64,000 nt of DNA from Planctomycetota bacterium (GTDB lineage: Bacteria; Planctomycetota; UBA1135; UBA2386). Under the pieces are notes generated by a model. It was not told where the DNA came from. It made no database searches and was given only the letters and a program-made list of their open reading frames with translations. Each line of letters starts with the position of its first letter. Within the stretch, counting starts at the first letter, position 1. A program made the position numbers and the translations under genes. Where the stretch lies: the NCBI GenBank assembly GCA_947501605.1, contig CANMWZ010000018.1, forward strand, positions 26,870 to 90,869, in the 5' to 3' direction. This document shows, in pieces, positions 1-9,609 of this stretch.

Positions 1-25
1 TCCCAACCCAGCTATCTTCTGCACG

Positions 26-529
26 ATGTCCCCGCTCGAGGCCCGTCTGCTCGTTACCTACCACCACTGGGCGCGCGATCGCGCGACCGAAGCCGTTGCT
101 CGCCTCACAGCGGCGCAGTTCACCCAGCCTCTCGGCAATTCCTTTGCCTCCGTGCGCGACACGCTCGCGCATCTCTACGGTGCGGACGTCGTCTGGCTGC
201 AGCGCTTCTGCGGCAGCAGCCCGAGCGGTCTCCCGCCTGCCGAACAGTTTCTAGACCTTGCCGCGCTGCAGGCCGCGTGGAGCGAAGTCGACGACCGCCT
301 TCGTACCTTCGTCGCGAGCCTCGACGAACCAGCGCTTGCGACATCGATCACCTACCGCGCCTTCAACGGCCAGGACGCCACGCTGCCCTACTGGCAGATG
401 CTCCAGCACCTCGTCAACCACGGCAGCTACCACCGCGGCCAGGTCACGACCCTGCTGCGACAACTCGGCGCGCCAGCACCGCGCGGCATGGACCTCGTCG
501 CGTTCTATCGCGAACGGCAAGTGCACTGA
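26..529 (+). CDS. DinB/YfiT family protein
   Basis: SVRDTLAHLYGAD and HLVNHGSYHRGQVTTLLRQLG are the DinB-family His motifs. Confidence 0.9.
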   Translation: MSPLEARLLVTYHHWARDRATEAVARLTAAQFTQPLGNSFASVRDTLAHLYGADVVWLQRFCGSSPSGLPPAEQFLDLAALQAAWSEVDDRLRTFVASLDEPALATSITYRAFNGQDATLPYWQMLQHLVNHGSYHRGQVTTLLRQLGAPAPRGMDLVAFYRERQVH

Positions 530-755
530 CCTGCGCCCCGGTGGAGCAGACTAGCGGGTGCCCTGGTCGCGCGCGGTGTCGTTCGATCGAGCTAGCCGCC
601 TGTTGCAGCACGCATCCTGCCTGCTTGCGCGGTAGCTGGTCCGATCTCTGCGCCGCGCGAACGGCGTCGAATCTGCAGATCCGACACAGTTTGCGCCACT
701 TGATCTGAAACCAGATCCTGAGCCATCGGCGACGGAGCCGTTCGTCAGCAGGCTG

Positions 756-935
756 CTAACGCAGCTTCGCGATCAGCAGCTTGTCGAGCTTGGCCCGGAT
801 CTTCACGGACTCCTCGCTGCGCGTGAGGGAGTTGCAGATGGCTTTGAGGCTCATGCCTTTGTTGGCCATCTGGTGGAGCTTCTGGATCTCGGTCGGCGTC
901 CACGGCTGACGGTGGCGTTCGAAGCGTTCGGTCAT
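756..935 (-). CDS. Small basic helix-turn-helix (Myb-like) hypothetical protein, 59 aa
   Basis: ATG at 935, MTERFERHRQPWTPTEIQKLHQMANKGMSLKAICNSLTRSEESVKIRA; W-T-x-x-E...L...G-x-S-x-x-x-I...L-x-R-S pattern; it is the 3' end of the 756..1937 ORF. Confidence 0.7.
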   Translation of the reverse strand: MTERFERHRQPWTPTEIQKLHQMANKGMSLKAICNSLTRSEESVKIRAKLDKLLIAKLR

Positions 936-973
936 GGTGAGGTGGTCGGTCAGTGCGGAGAAGGCGGCCAAGC

Positions 974-1082
974 CTAGAAGTGGTTTGTCAAAGCGCCAGC
1001 GGCTGCACCGGTCCTCGGTCGTCGCCGGGGTCGCGGAAGCGAACGATCGGCCCCTGACCGGTCGCCCATGCGGCCGCGGCGC
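974..1082. repeat. Diverged copy of the palindromic intergenic element (left end CTAGAAGTGGTTTGTCAAAGCGCCAGCG)
   Basis: Left end nearly identical to the element at 1975; interior folds back (GCGCCAGCGGCTGCA / TGCGGCCGCGGCGC, CCGGTC / GACCGG); no clear right terminal repeat. Confidence 0.5.
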
Positions 1083-1169
1083 TGCGTGGCAGGCAACGCC
1101 GACGATGGTCAGGCTCGACGACTGGATCTGCTCGCCCTGGCGCCAAAGCCGCGGCATGCTGCGGGCATC

Positions 1170-1862
1170 TTGCGCACCACTTCGCTGCTGCTCGCGGTTG
1201 CCTTCTCGATCGCTGGTTGCCACACGGCAGAGGCGAACGTCGACGCCGCTCCCTACACGTTGGTCTATCTCAAGACCGGCCCGACCAAGGGCCTGAGCAA
1301 AGAGCGGCAGCAGGAGGTGTTTGCCGGGCACTTCGCGAACATGGAACGGCTCGCGCAGCAAGGCCACTTGGTGCTCGCGGGTCCGTTCGGCACGCGCAAG
1401 ACCGACGCGTCCCTGCGCGGCATCTTCGTGCTCGCGACCGGCGACGAGGCGAAAGCGCGCGCGCTGGCCGAGACCGATCCCGGCGTGGTGGCGGGCGTGT
1501 TCGTGTTGGAGTACCACGCGCTCGCGACCGCGGCAGCTCTGCCGAAGTGGGTCGCTGCGGAGATGGCGCGCGACGCGGCGTTGAAGGCGACGGGGAAGAC
1601 GCCAAAGCCTGGCGAGTTTGGGCGCGGATTTGTGCTCTTGATTGGCGAGGATGGAGCGAGCGTTCGCCGCGAGTTGACCGGGCAGAAGGGCGTGTTGCTG
1701 CTGGCGAGCTATGACGAGAAGGGCGCCTTTGCGGTGCTCGATGCGGTCGATTGCGGTGCGGCAACGACGAAGTTCGGTGCAGTCTTGCCAAAGGTCGGCG
1801 CGCATCGGCTGGAAGACTGGTTTGCCAGTCGCGGGCTCGAGCAGTTGCCGCTCATGAAGTGA
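1170..1862 (+). CDS. YciI/YCII-related protein, probable lipoprotein
   Basis: FAGHFANMERLAQQGHLVLAGPF...RGIFVL...DPGV YCII-like motifs; TTG at 1170 gives a signal peptide with lipobox IAGC; start uncertain (ORF open from 1068). Confidence 0.7.
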   Translation: MRTTSLLLAVAFSIAGCHTAEANVDAAPYTLVYLKTGPTKGLSKERQQEVFAGHFANMERLAQQGHLVLAGPFGTRKTDASLRGIFVLATGDEAKARALAETDPGVVAGVFVLEYHALATAAALPKWVAAEMARDAALKATGKTPKPGEFGRGFVLLIGEDGASVRRELTGQKGVLLLASYDEKGAFAVLDAVDCGAATTKFGAVLPKVGAHRLEDWFASRGLEQLPLMK

Positions 1863-1974
1863 CCACGGCACCAAGCCGAGCCCGCAACGCGACTGCTCCC
1901 GTGTAGACACGCACGTGGAGCGGCCAAGCCTTGGCAAAGACGGCGCATCTTCACGGTTCCTGCGGAGTCGCAGG

Positions 1975-2139
1975 CTAGGAGTGGTTTCTCAAAGCGCCAG
2001 CGCCTGCGGCCGGCACGTCGGTCGATGGCTGTGTCGCGAACTCCCAGCGGAATCCACGGATCCCGCCATCAGTCCGCTCCTTGTCCTCAACTGTCGTGGC
2101 TCGGTCGCGCGCGCAGGCCATTTGGGCAACCACTCCGTG
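1975..2139. repeat. Palindromic ~160-nt intergenic element (MITE/REP-like or structured leader), copy 1
   Basis: Imperfect terminal inverted repeats CTAGGAGTGGTTTCTCAAAG...TTTGGGCAACCACTCC; highly similar to 3391-3556. Confidence 0.75.
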
Positions 2140-2211
2140 GAAGGCGCCTCGTCGCCCTGCCATGCGGTGGTGCTGCTTCCTCTTCTCCACACAGACTTCG
2201 CGATTCCTCCA

Positions 2212-3321
2212 ATGCGTCATCTCACTATCCCCACGGGGCTCCTTCTCAGTCTTTCCGTTGCCAGCATGTCGGTCTCGGCTGCGGCCCAAGTCTTGGCCAG
2301 CGACAGCTTTTCCTATGCCGGGGCGCTGACGGCCAACGGTTGGGCGGCACACAGCGGTGCTGGCGCGAAGCTGATTCTCTCGAATGGCTCCATCGCGACG
2401 TTGAACCAGGGCCCGGGCTCGGGCGAAGACGTCAACTTGGCGTTCCCCGCGCTGACCGCGACCGACACGGTGTTCGCCTCGTTCACGTTGAATGTGCCGT
2501 CGGGCACCCCGGTCACGCCGCCCGCCGCCGGTCTCTACTTCGCGCACTTCAAGGACACGACGACACTGTTCCGCGCCCGCACCGGCGTCGTGGCGCCAAC
2601 TGCTGGCGGCAACTTCCGTATCGCGATCCATGCCGACAACGCCAACCTCTCGCTCGGCACGTCGTGGCCGACGGAGCAGGTGTTCAATACCGACTACAAG
2701 GTCGTCATCAGCTGGAACGCGGCGACCGGTCAGTCGCAGCTGTGGATCGATCCGACGGCTGTGACGGATCCGTCGATCTCCCACACGGGCACGTTGGTCG
2801 GCACGATCATCTCGCAGTTCGCGCTGCGTCAGGCGAGTGACTACACCGGCTTCCTCACCATCGACGACGTGCTCGTCGGCCGCACGTTCGCCGATGTCTG
2901 TGGAACTCCGGGTAGCTACACCACCTTCGGCGCCGGCTGCGCCAGCTCGGTCGGTGTCGCAACCAACACGGCGAGCCCGGTCCCCGCGATCGGTGTCACC
3001 ACGGTGGTCACGCTCTCGCCGGTGCCGAACCCCGGCGTCGGGCTGCTCCTGATCGGCTCGAGCAACACGTTCTCGAACTCGTTCGGCCCGCTGCCGCTCG
3101 ACCTCACGTTCTTCGGTGCGCCTGGCTGCAGTGGTCGCGTCAGCGATGACGTCGCGCAGTTCTTCGGCATTGGTGCGGGCAGCATCAGCTTCAACGTCGG
3201 CATCCCGAACGACCCGTTCTTCGTCGGCCTCCAGCTCTACACCCAGGGCCTCGTGTTCGAGAACGTGAACGCGCTCGGCATCGTGTTCTCGGATGCCGCG
3301 ACGATGGTGATCGGCGGTTGA
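2212..3321 (+). CDS. Secreted beta-sandwich (lectin-like) protein with conserved C-terminal domain, paralog A
   Basis: Signal peptide MRHLTIPTGLLLSLSVASMSVSAAAQ; beta-rich N-domain; C-terminal FGAGC...LYTQ...SDA domain; paralog of 3631..4728. Confidence 0.8.
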   Translation: MRHLTIPTGLLLSLSVASMSVSAAAQVLASDSFSYAGALTANGWAAHSGAGAKLILSNGSIATLNQGPGSGEDVNLAFPALTATDTVFASFTLNVPSGTPVTPPAAGLYFAHFKDTTTLFRARTGVVAPTAGGNFRIAIHADNANLSLGTSWPTEQVFNTDYKVVISWNAATGQSQLWIDPTAVTDPSISHTGTLVGTIISQFALRQASDYTGFLTIDDVLVGRTFADVCGTPGSYTTFGAGCASSVGVATNTASPVPAIGVTTVVTLSPVPNPGVGLLLIGSSNTFSNSFGPLPLDLTFFGAPGCSGRVSDDVAQFFGIGAGSISFNVGIPNDPFFVGLQLYTQGLVFENVNALGIVFSDAATMVIGG

Positions 3322-3390
3322 GCCCAAAGCGGAGAGTTGGCAACGCCTGCGTCCAACGGACGTAGGCGCACAATCGCCATACTGCGGGCC

Positions 3391-3556
3391 GTAGACGTGG
3401 TTTCTCAAAGCGTCTGCGGCTGTGGCCGATCCCGACGGCCGATGGCTGTGTCGCGAACTCGCCGCGGAATCCACGGATCCCGCCACGAGTCCGCTCGTGG
3501 TCCTCGACTGTCGTGGCTCGGCCGCGCCCGCAGGTCCTTTGGGAAACCGCTTCTGG
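3391..3556. repeat. Palindromic ~160-nt intergenic element, copy 2
   Basis: GTAGACGTGGTTTCTCAAAG...CTTTGGGAAACCGCTTCTGG; arms pair along most of the length. Confidence 0.75.
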
Positions 3557-3630
3557 CGACTGCGGCCGCGCTAGAACGCCCAGTCAGCGGCCCGATCCCC
3601 TATCCTGCGTCGCTACCCAGACGATCCAGA

Positions 3631-4728
3631 ATGCGCCACTTCGCCACCACATTCCTCAGTGCGGCTCTCGCCCTTTCGACCGCCGCTTCGGCTCAGCAAC
3701 TGCTGCGCGACGACTTCGCCTACGCCGGCCCGCTGACCAGCAACGGCTGGTTTGCACACAGCTCGGGCGGCCAGCGTACCATCGTGTCGTTCGGCGACTA
3801 CGCGATCTTGAGCCAGGGCACGGGCGCCGGCGAGGACCTCAGCCGCGGGTTCCCGCAGCTTGCGGCGACGGACTCGGTCTACGCCGCGTTTCGACTCAAC
3901 GTGCCGTCAGGCAACGCGGTCAATCCGGCATCCGCCGGGCTCTACTTCATCCACTTCAAGGACGGTACCACGGGCTTCCGTGCGCGCACGGGTGTGCTCG
4001 CGCCGGCGTCAGGTGGTGCGTTTCGGTTGGCGATTCATGCCGACAGTGCCAATCTCGGCCTCGGCGCTGCGTGGCCATCGGATCTTGCGTTCGACACCGA
4101 CTACCTGGTCGTCATCGGCTTCGATGGCGCGCTCAATCGAGCGACGCTTTGGGTCGATCCGATCACTGCAGCCTCGCCTTCGATCGGACACACCGGGACG
4201 CTGCCGACCCCGTTCGTGACCGCCATCGCGCTGCGGCAGAGCAGTGAATACACCGGCTCGCTCCGCATCGACAACCTGATCGTCGGGCGCACCTTTGTGG
4301 ATGTCGCCGGCGCCGGCCGTAGCTACGTGACGTTCGGCGCGGGCTGCTCCGGCTCGGTCGGGGTTCCGTCCAACACCGCGAGCCCGCTGCCTCGCCTTGG
4401 TCGCACGACGACGATCACCATCGGCAACGTGACGGTGCCCGCCATCGCGCTGCTGCTGGTCGGCACCAGCAACACGTTCTCGCCGTCGTTCGGTCCGCTG
4501 CCGATCGACCTCACGGCGTTTGGTGCGCCGGGCTGCTCAGGCCGCGTCAGTGATGACGTAACGCAGTTCTTCGCTCTTGGCTTTGCCGGCGTGCCCTTTG
4601 ACGTGGCGATTCCCAATGACACCTACTTCATGGGGCTGCAGCTCTACACGCAGGCACTGGTGTTCGAGAACGTGAACCCGTTGGGGCTCGTGCTCTCGGA
4701 CGCTGCGACGTTCGTCATCGGCGGCTGA
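3631..4728 (+). CDS. Secreted beta-sandwich (lectin-like) protein with conserved C-terminal domain, paralog B
   Basis: Signal peptide MRHFATTFLSAALALSTAASAQ; colinear similarity to 2212..3321. Confidence 0.8.
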   Translation: MRHFATTFLSAALALSTAASAQQLLRDDFAYAGPLTSNGWFAHSSGGQRTIVSFGDYAILSQGTGAGEDLSRGFPQLAATDSVYAAFRLNVPSGNAVNPASAGLYFIHFKDGTTGFRARTGVLAPASGGAFRLAIHADSANLGLGAAWPSDLAFDTDYLVVIGFDGALNRATLWVDPITAASPSIGHTGTLPTPFVTAIALRQSSEYTGSLRIDNLIVGRTFVDVAGAGRSYVTFGAGCSGSVGVPSNTASPLPRLGRTTTITIGNVTVPAIALLLVGTSNTFSPSFGPLPIDLTAFGAPGCSGRVSDDVTQFFALGFAGVPFDVAIPNDTYFMGLQLYTQALVFENVNPLGLVLSDAATFVIGG

Positions 4729-4826
4729 CCGGCGCATATCGCCGACGCGCTGCAGGCGAACGCTCGTCCGCTGCAGGTGCGGAACCGCGCCGTCCCGGAC
4801 CGAGTCGTTCCGGGCAGGGGACGGCG

Positions 4827-4856
4827 GCGAGCCCACGCTAGGTGGCGCGGGCTCGC
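4827..4856. terminator. Hairpin between convergent genes
   Basis: GCGAGCCCACGC-TAGGTG-GCGCGGGCTCGC stem-loop; no U-tract. Confidence 0.4.
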
Positions 4857-4863
4857 GGGGCCA

Positions 4864-5859
4864 TCAGCCCTTGGTCGAGAACTTCCCCAGCATCTCCTCG
4901 GCCTGCTGGGCGGCGTGCGTACCGGCGTACTTCTTGGTGCTCTTGAACTTCTCTAGTTCTTCGACCAGCTTGCGTCGTTGCGCGACCTTGCCGGCGTCGA
5001 ACTTGCCGACCACCTTCTCGAGCGCCTTCGAGGCCGCGATCTCGTCCTTGACGTGCGCGTCCTTGGCAAAGCGTTCGAGCTCTGACTTGGCCGCGTCGGC
5101 GGGCGGCAGGCCGGCCCAGTCCTTTTGCAGGCGCTCCAGCTGATTCAAGGCGGTGTAGAAGTCCGGACCCTTGCCCAGCGTCTGCACGCGAGCCGTCGCG
5201 CGCTCCATCCGCTTCTGCAGCTCCGCTTGCTGGCTTTCGTAGACTGTCCGCAGTTCCGCGTCGACGGTCGGTTGCCCCAGCATCTTGGTGAGGTAGTCAC
5301 CGAGCTTCTTGAACTCCTTCTTCTGCCAGAGGCTGCGAATCGCGTCGAAACGCGAATCCACCGGCATCTTGGGCGAGAGCGAGACGTTTGCGAGCTGCTC
5401 CTCGATGAATGCCTCCGTCGGCATGCGATCGTCGGGCACAGTCAGGATCGTGCCATCGGGCGCAATGCAGTAGACGCTGGGGAAGAAACCGATGCGGTAC
5501 TGCTCGTTGACGCCCTTGGCGCAGACGAACGGGTACTTGGCACCGAGTTTGGTGATGAAGGTCTCTTCGATCAGGCTTTCGTTCTCATCGGACACGCCGA
5601 TGAGTAGCAACCCCCGCTCCGCGTACTTCTCGTGAAGTTCGTTGAGGTGCGGGACGGCTGCCTTACACGGGCCTCACCAGGTCTGGGCGAAGTCGAGGAT
5701 GACCAGCTTGCCTTCGAACTCGTCGAACTTGGCGGGGCCGTCGTTCCAGACCTTGGCGATCTCGAAGGCCGGAGCCGGCGAGCCCTTCGCGAGCTGGGCT
5801 GGCGCCGCGGCGGCAAACAGCAGCGTTGCGGCGGTGGCGAAATGGATGTTCTTGTTCAT
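4864..5859 (-). CDS. Exported TlpA/ResA-like thiol-disulfide oxidoreductase, putative selenoprotein (UxxC), with helical C-terminal extension, 331 aa
   Basis: ATG at 5859 with signal peptide, GSPAPAF...GKLVILDFAQTW-TGA-GPCKAAVPHLNELHEKYAERGLLLIGVS...FPSVYCIAPDG; the TGA (5674-5676) occupies the first Cys position of the thioredoxin CxxC and the frame continues to 4864. Confidence 0.85.
5643..5676 (-). promoter_or_regulatory. Candidate bacterial SECIS-like hairpin starting at the UGA
   Basis: UGAG(GCCC)GUGU-AA-GGC-AGCC-GUC-CC-GCAC-CUCA can pair UGAG/CUCA, GUGU/GCAC, GGC/GUC; folded by eye only. Confidence 0.4.
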
Positions 5860-5997
5860 GGTAATGGCGGCCCCGCAGCGGGAGCCGAGCGGCGGAGGAT
5901 ACTCGTTCATCCGTCGATGCCCAAGGTGTCCCTCTTGCTCGTCGGCAAATGACCCGTCCCAAGTCCGTAGCCTTGCTATGCTCTCCGCCCGCTTCGC

Positions 5998-8900
5998 ATG
6001 ACCCCAGCCTTCGACCCATTCGAGCGTCAGGACCGTTTCCCCATCCTCCGAACGCTGCGCGATCGCGTGCTCGTGTTCGACGGCGGCATGGGGACGATGA
6101 TTCAGCGCGCCACCCTCACCCTTGACGACTTCCACGGCAAGGAGGGCTGCAACGAGATCCTCGTCCGCACCCGCCCCGATGTCATCGAGGACATTCACTC
6201 GGCCTACTTTGCCGCGGGGGCGGATGTCGTCGAGACCAACACCTTCGGCGGCATGCCCTACGTGCTGGGCGAGTTCGACATGGCCGACGAGGCCTTCGAA
6301 CTGAACCGCATCGGCGCCGAAGTCGCGCGCCGAGCCGCTGACAAGTTCAGCACCAAGGCGAGGCCGCGCTTTGTTGCCGGTTCGATGGGGCCCGGCACGC
6401 GCCTCGTGACGCTCGGTCACATCTCGGTCGACGAGCTGTACGACGCGTATCGAGTGTTTGCCAAAGGCCTCATCGCTGGCGGCGTCGACTGTCTCAACAT
6501 CGAGACCTGCCAGGACATCCTCCAGGTCAAGATGGCGATCCTGGCGTCGCGCGACGCCATGGCCGAACTCGGCCGCGAGGTGCCGATCTTCTGCACAGTG
6601 ACCATCGAGACGACCGGAACGATGCTGGTCGGCAGTGACATCGCTGCCGCGCTGACGACACTGGAGCATCTGCCGGTGGACGTGGTCGGCCTCAACTGCG
6701 CCACGGGTCCAGACTTGATGCAGGAGTCGGTGCGCCACCTCGGCAAGTTGTCGACGCGTTCGGTGATGGTGATGCCCAATGCCGGCTTGCCGCGCAATGT
6801 GGGCGGCGTCGCGGTCTATGACCTCACGCCCGAGGAGCTCGGCGCGTTTCATGCTCGCTTCGTCCGCGAGTTTGGCGTCAGCATCGTCGGCGGCTGCTGC
6901 GGCACCACGCCGGAGCACATCGCCGCGGTGCAGAAGGCGGTTCAGGGACTCGTGCCCTCGGAGCGCCCCCGCGACTACTTGCCGCAGGTCGCGAGCCTGT
7001 TTCACTCGGTGCCGTTGACGCAGGACCAGGGGCCGCTGCTCATCGGCGAGCGCACCAATGCGAACGGCAGCAGGAAGTTCAAGGAGCTGATGCTGGCTCA
7101 AGACATCGAGGGCATGCTGCAGATTGCCAAGGAGCAGTCACACGAAGGCGCGCACGTTCTCGACGTCTGCACTGCCTACGTCGGCCGCAATGAAGTTGCG
7201 GACATGACCAACCTGCTCCGGCCGCTGGTCCAGAAGGTCACCGCGCCGGTGATGATCGACAGCACGCAGCTCGACGTCGTCGAGGCCGCGCTCAAAGTCA
7301 CGCCCGGTCGCGCGATCATCAACTCGATCAACCTCGAAGACGGCGAAGAGCGCGCTGACGCGCTGTGCCGGCTCGCCGTCCGCTACGGCGCGATGTTCGT
7401 CGCCCTGACCATCGACGAGGAGGGCATGGCGAAGACTGCGCAGCGCAAGCTGGAGGTCGCGCAGCGAATTCACGACATCGTCGTCAAGCGGCACGGCATG
7501 AAGCCGCAGGACCTGATCTTCGACCCGTTGACCTTCACGATCGGGTCCGGCGACGAAGCCTCGCGTGACGCGGGCGTTCAGACACTGCTCGGCATCAAGC
7601 TGATCAAGGAACAGATTCCGGGGGTCCGCACGATCCTTGGTCTCTCCAACATCAGCTTTGGTCTCGATCCGTATCCGCGGCAGATCCTCAACTCGGTCTA
7701 CCTCGCCGAAGCGATCCGTCACGGGCTCGACGCCGCGATCGTGCACGCGAGCAAGATCGTGCCGATCCACAAGCTCGACGAAGACGACCGCGTGGTCACT
7801 CTCGATCTGATCCACGACCGTCGCCGCGAAGGCTACGACCCGCTGTTCAAGTTCATCGAGCGGTTCTCCGGCCAGAAGCGCATCGAGTTCGGCAAGGGCC
7901 AGAACGAGATGGACGTCGCGGTCGAGGAGCGGCTGAAGCGACGCATCATCGACGGCAATCGCATCGGCATCGAGAAGCACCTCGAAGAGGCGATGACGAA
8001 GCACAAGCCCCTGGAGATCATCAACGAGATCCTGCTCGATGGCATGAAAGTCGTCGGCGACCTGTTCGGCAGCGGTGAGATGCAGTTGCCGTTCGTGTTG
8101 CAGAGCGCCGAGGCCATGAAGGCTGCGGTCGGTTACTTGCAGCAGTTCATGGAGAAGCTCGACGGCGAAGAGAAGGGCACCCTCGTGCTCGCGACCGTGC
8201 GCGGCGACGTGCACGACATCGGCAAGAACCTCGTCGACATCGTCGTCAGCAACAACGGCTACCGCGTCGTGAACCTCGGTATCAAGGTCCCGATCGAGCG
8301 GATCCTCGAGGCGGCGCGCACGGAGAAGGCCAACGCAATCGGCATGAGCGGCCTGTTGGTCAAGTCGACTGTCGTGATGAAGGAGAACCTCGAGCTGATG
8401 AGCCAGCGCGGGATCGCGACGCCGGTCATCTGCGGCGGCGCAGCGCTCAATCGCGCCTACGTCGAACTCGACCTTCGCGCGGCGTACACCACTGGCCCGG
8501 TCTATTACGGGCAGGACGCGTTTGCCGGGCTGCACATCATGGACGAGCTCACGGGCCGTTCGAAGGTGCCGACGCTCACCGAATCCAAGGAGCCGCAGGT
8601 ACGGGCGACCAATCGCCGCAGAATGACGCGCGCCGACAAAGAGAAGATGTTGGAGCACGCTTACACCGAGTTCGCCGACAGCGGCGTTCCGCGTGCAGAG
8701 CGGGTGCCGACACCGCCGTTCTGGGGGCCGCAGCTCGTCAGCACCGCGGAGCTCGATCTCGGCACGGTGCTTCAATACGTCAACAAGAAGGCTCTCTTCC
8801 GCCTGCAGTGGCAGTATCGCCAGGGCAAGCGCAGCGAAGAGGACTACAAGAAGTTCGTCGCCGAACACGTCGAGCCGAGATTCCGCGAATGGCAGAAGCG

Positions 8901-9513
8901 TGTGCGGGAGAACGCCATGCTCGAGCCTCGTGTCGTCTACGGCTATTGGCCGTGCTACAGCGAGCGCAACGCGCTCGTGGTGCTCGATCCCAAGGATCAC
9001 GCCCGCGAACTGTGCCGCTTCGACTTCCCGCGCCAGCCGGGCGGTCGCCGGCTGTGCATGTCGGACTTCTACCGCCGTCGCGACGACGGTCCGGATGTGG
9101 TCGGGTTCTCGCTCGTGACGATGGGTGCGCGCGCGACCATCGAGAGCGAGCGCTTGTTCAAGGAGAACCGCTACGACGAGTACCTCCACTTCCACGGCCT
9201 CGCGGTCGAGGGCGCCGAGGCACTCGCGGAGTACTGGCACAAGCGCATGCGCCAGCAGTTGTCGATCGCGGCCAATGACGCCCCGGACGTCGACGATCTG
9301 TTCAAGCAGCGCTATCAGGGCAGCCGCTACTCGTTCGGTTACCCGGCCTGCCCGAACCTCGAAGATCAGGACAAGCTACTGCGGCTGCTCGAGGCAACCC
9401 GCATCGGTGTGACGTTGAGCGAGGAGTCGCAGCTGGTGCCCGAGCAGAGCACTTCGGCGGTCATCTGCCACCACCCGGCAGCGAAGTACTTCAACGTCAG
9501 CGTCACGACCTGA
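5998..9513 (+). CDS. metH: Cobalamin-dependent methionine synthase
   Basis: DGGMGT, GLNCATGP, GGCCGTTP Hcy-binding domain; IGERTNANGS pterin domain; GDVHDIGKN B12 motif; RYSFGYPACP activation domain. Confidence 0.97.
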   Translation: MTPAFDPFERQDRFPILRTLRDRVLVFDGGMGTMIQRATLTLDDFHGKEGCNEILVRTRPDVIEDIHSAYFAAGADVVETNTFGGMPYVLGEFDMADEAFELNRIGAEVARRAADKFSTKARPRFVAGSMGPGTRLVTLGHISVDELYDAYRVFAKGLIAGGVDCLNIETCQDILQVKMAILASRDAMAELGREVPIFCTVTIETTGTMLVGSDIAAALTTLEHLPVDVVGLNCATGPDLMQESVRHLGKLSTRSVMVMPNAGLPRNVGGVAVYDLTPEELGAFHARFVREFGVSIVGGCCGTTPEHIAAVQKAVQGLVPSERPRDYLPQVASLFHSVPLTQDQGPLLIGERTNANGSRKFKELMLAQDIEGMLQIAKEQSHEGAHVLDVCTAYVGRNEVADMTNLLRPLVQKVTAPVMIDSTQLDVVEAALKVTPGRAIINSINLEDGEERADALCRLAVRYGAMFVALTIDEEGMAKTAQRKLEVAQRIHDIVVKRHGMKPQDLIFDPLTFTIGSGDEASRDAGVQTLLGIKLIKEQIPGVRTILGLSNISFGLDPYPRQILNSVYLAEAIRHGLDAAIVHASKIVPIHKLDEDDRVVTLDLIHDRRREGYDPLFKFIERFSGQKRIEFGKGQNEMDVAVEERLKRRIIDGNRIGIEKHLEEAMTKHKPLEIINEILLDGMKVVGDLFGSGEMQLPFVLQSAEAMKAAVGYLQQFMEKLDGEEKGTLVLATVRGDVHDIGKNLVDIVVSNNGYRVVNLGIKVPIERILEAARTEKANAIGMSGLLVKSTVVMKENLELMSQRGIATPVICGGAALNRAYVELDLRAAYTTGPVYYGQDAFAGLHIMDELTGRSKVPTLTESKEPQVRATNRRRMTRADKEKMLEHAYTEFADSGVPRAERVPTPPFWGPQLVSTAELDLGTVLQYVNKKALFRLQWQYRQGKRSEEDYKKFVAEHVEPRFREWQKRVRENAMLEPRVVYGYWPCYSERNALVVLDPKDHARELCRFDFPRQPGGRRLCMSDFYRRRDDGPDVVGFSLVTMGARATIESERLFKENRYDEYLHFHGLAVEGAEALAEYWHKRMRQQLSIAANDAPDVDDLFKQRYQGSRYSFGYPACPNLEDQDKLLRLLEATRIGVTLSEESQLVPEQSTSAVICHHPAAKYFNVSVTT

Positions 9514-9544
9514 GTCGTCCGCAGCACGCGCCGTAGAAATGCAG

Positions 9545-9579
9545 ACGCCGGTGATGCCGACCTGCGGCACCACCGGCGT
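9545..9579. terminator. Hairpin between convergent metH and array gene 1
   Basis: ACGCCGGTG...CACCGGCGT inverted repeat. Confidence 0.5.
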
Positions 9580-9609
9580 TGCTGTTGATCTACTCGCGAG
9601 CGCGCGGCG

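Noticed and set aside
551..660. Hairpin-rich intergenic region starting with CTAG as another copy of the palindromic element
   Set aside because: Self-complementary, but lacks the AGTGGTTT-TCAAAG terminus; may be a simple terminator region between convergent genes
5860..5997. Cobalamin or SAM riboswitch upstream of metH
   Set aside because: The intergenic region is only ~140 nt, is shared with a divergent gene, and shows no recognisable B12-box or S-box consensus
5674..9240. Long minus-strand ORFs (475 aa, 700 aa) opposite metH
   Set aside because: Antisense shadows of a GC-rich gene; only the last 61 codons of the 475-aa ORF are real (selenoprotein N-terminus)
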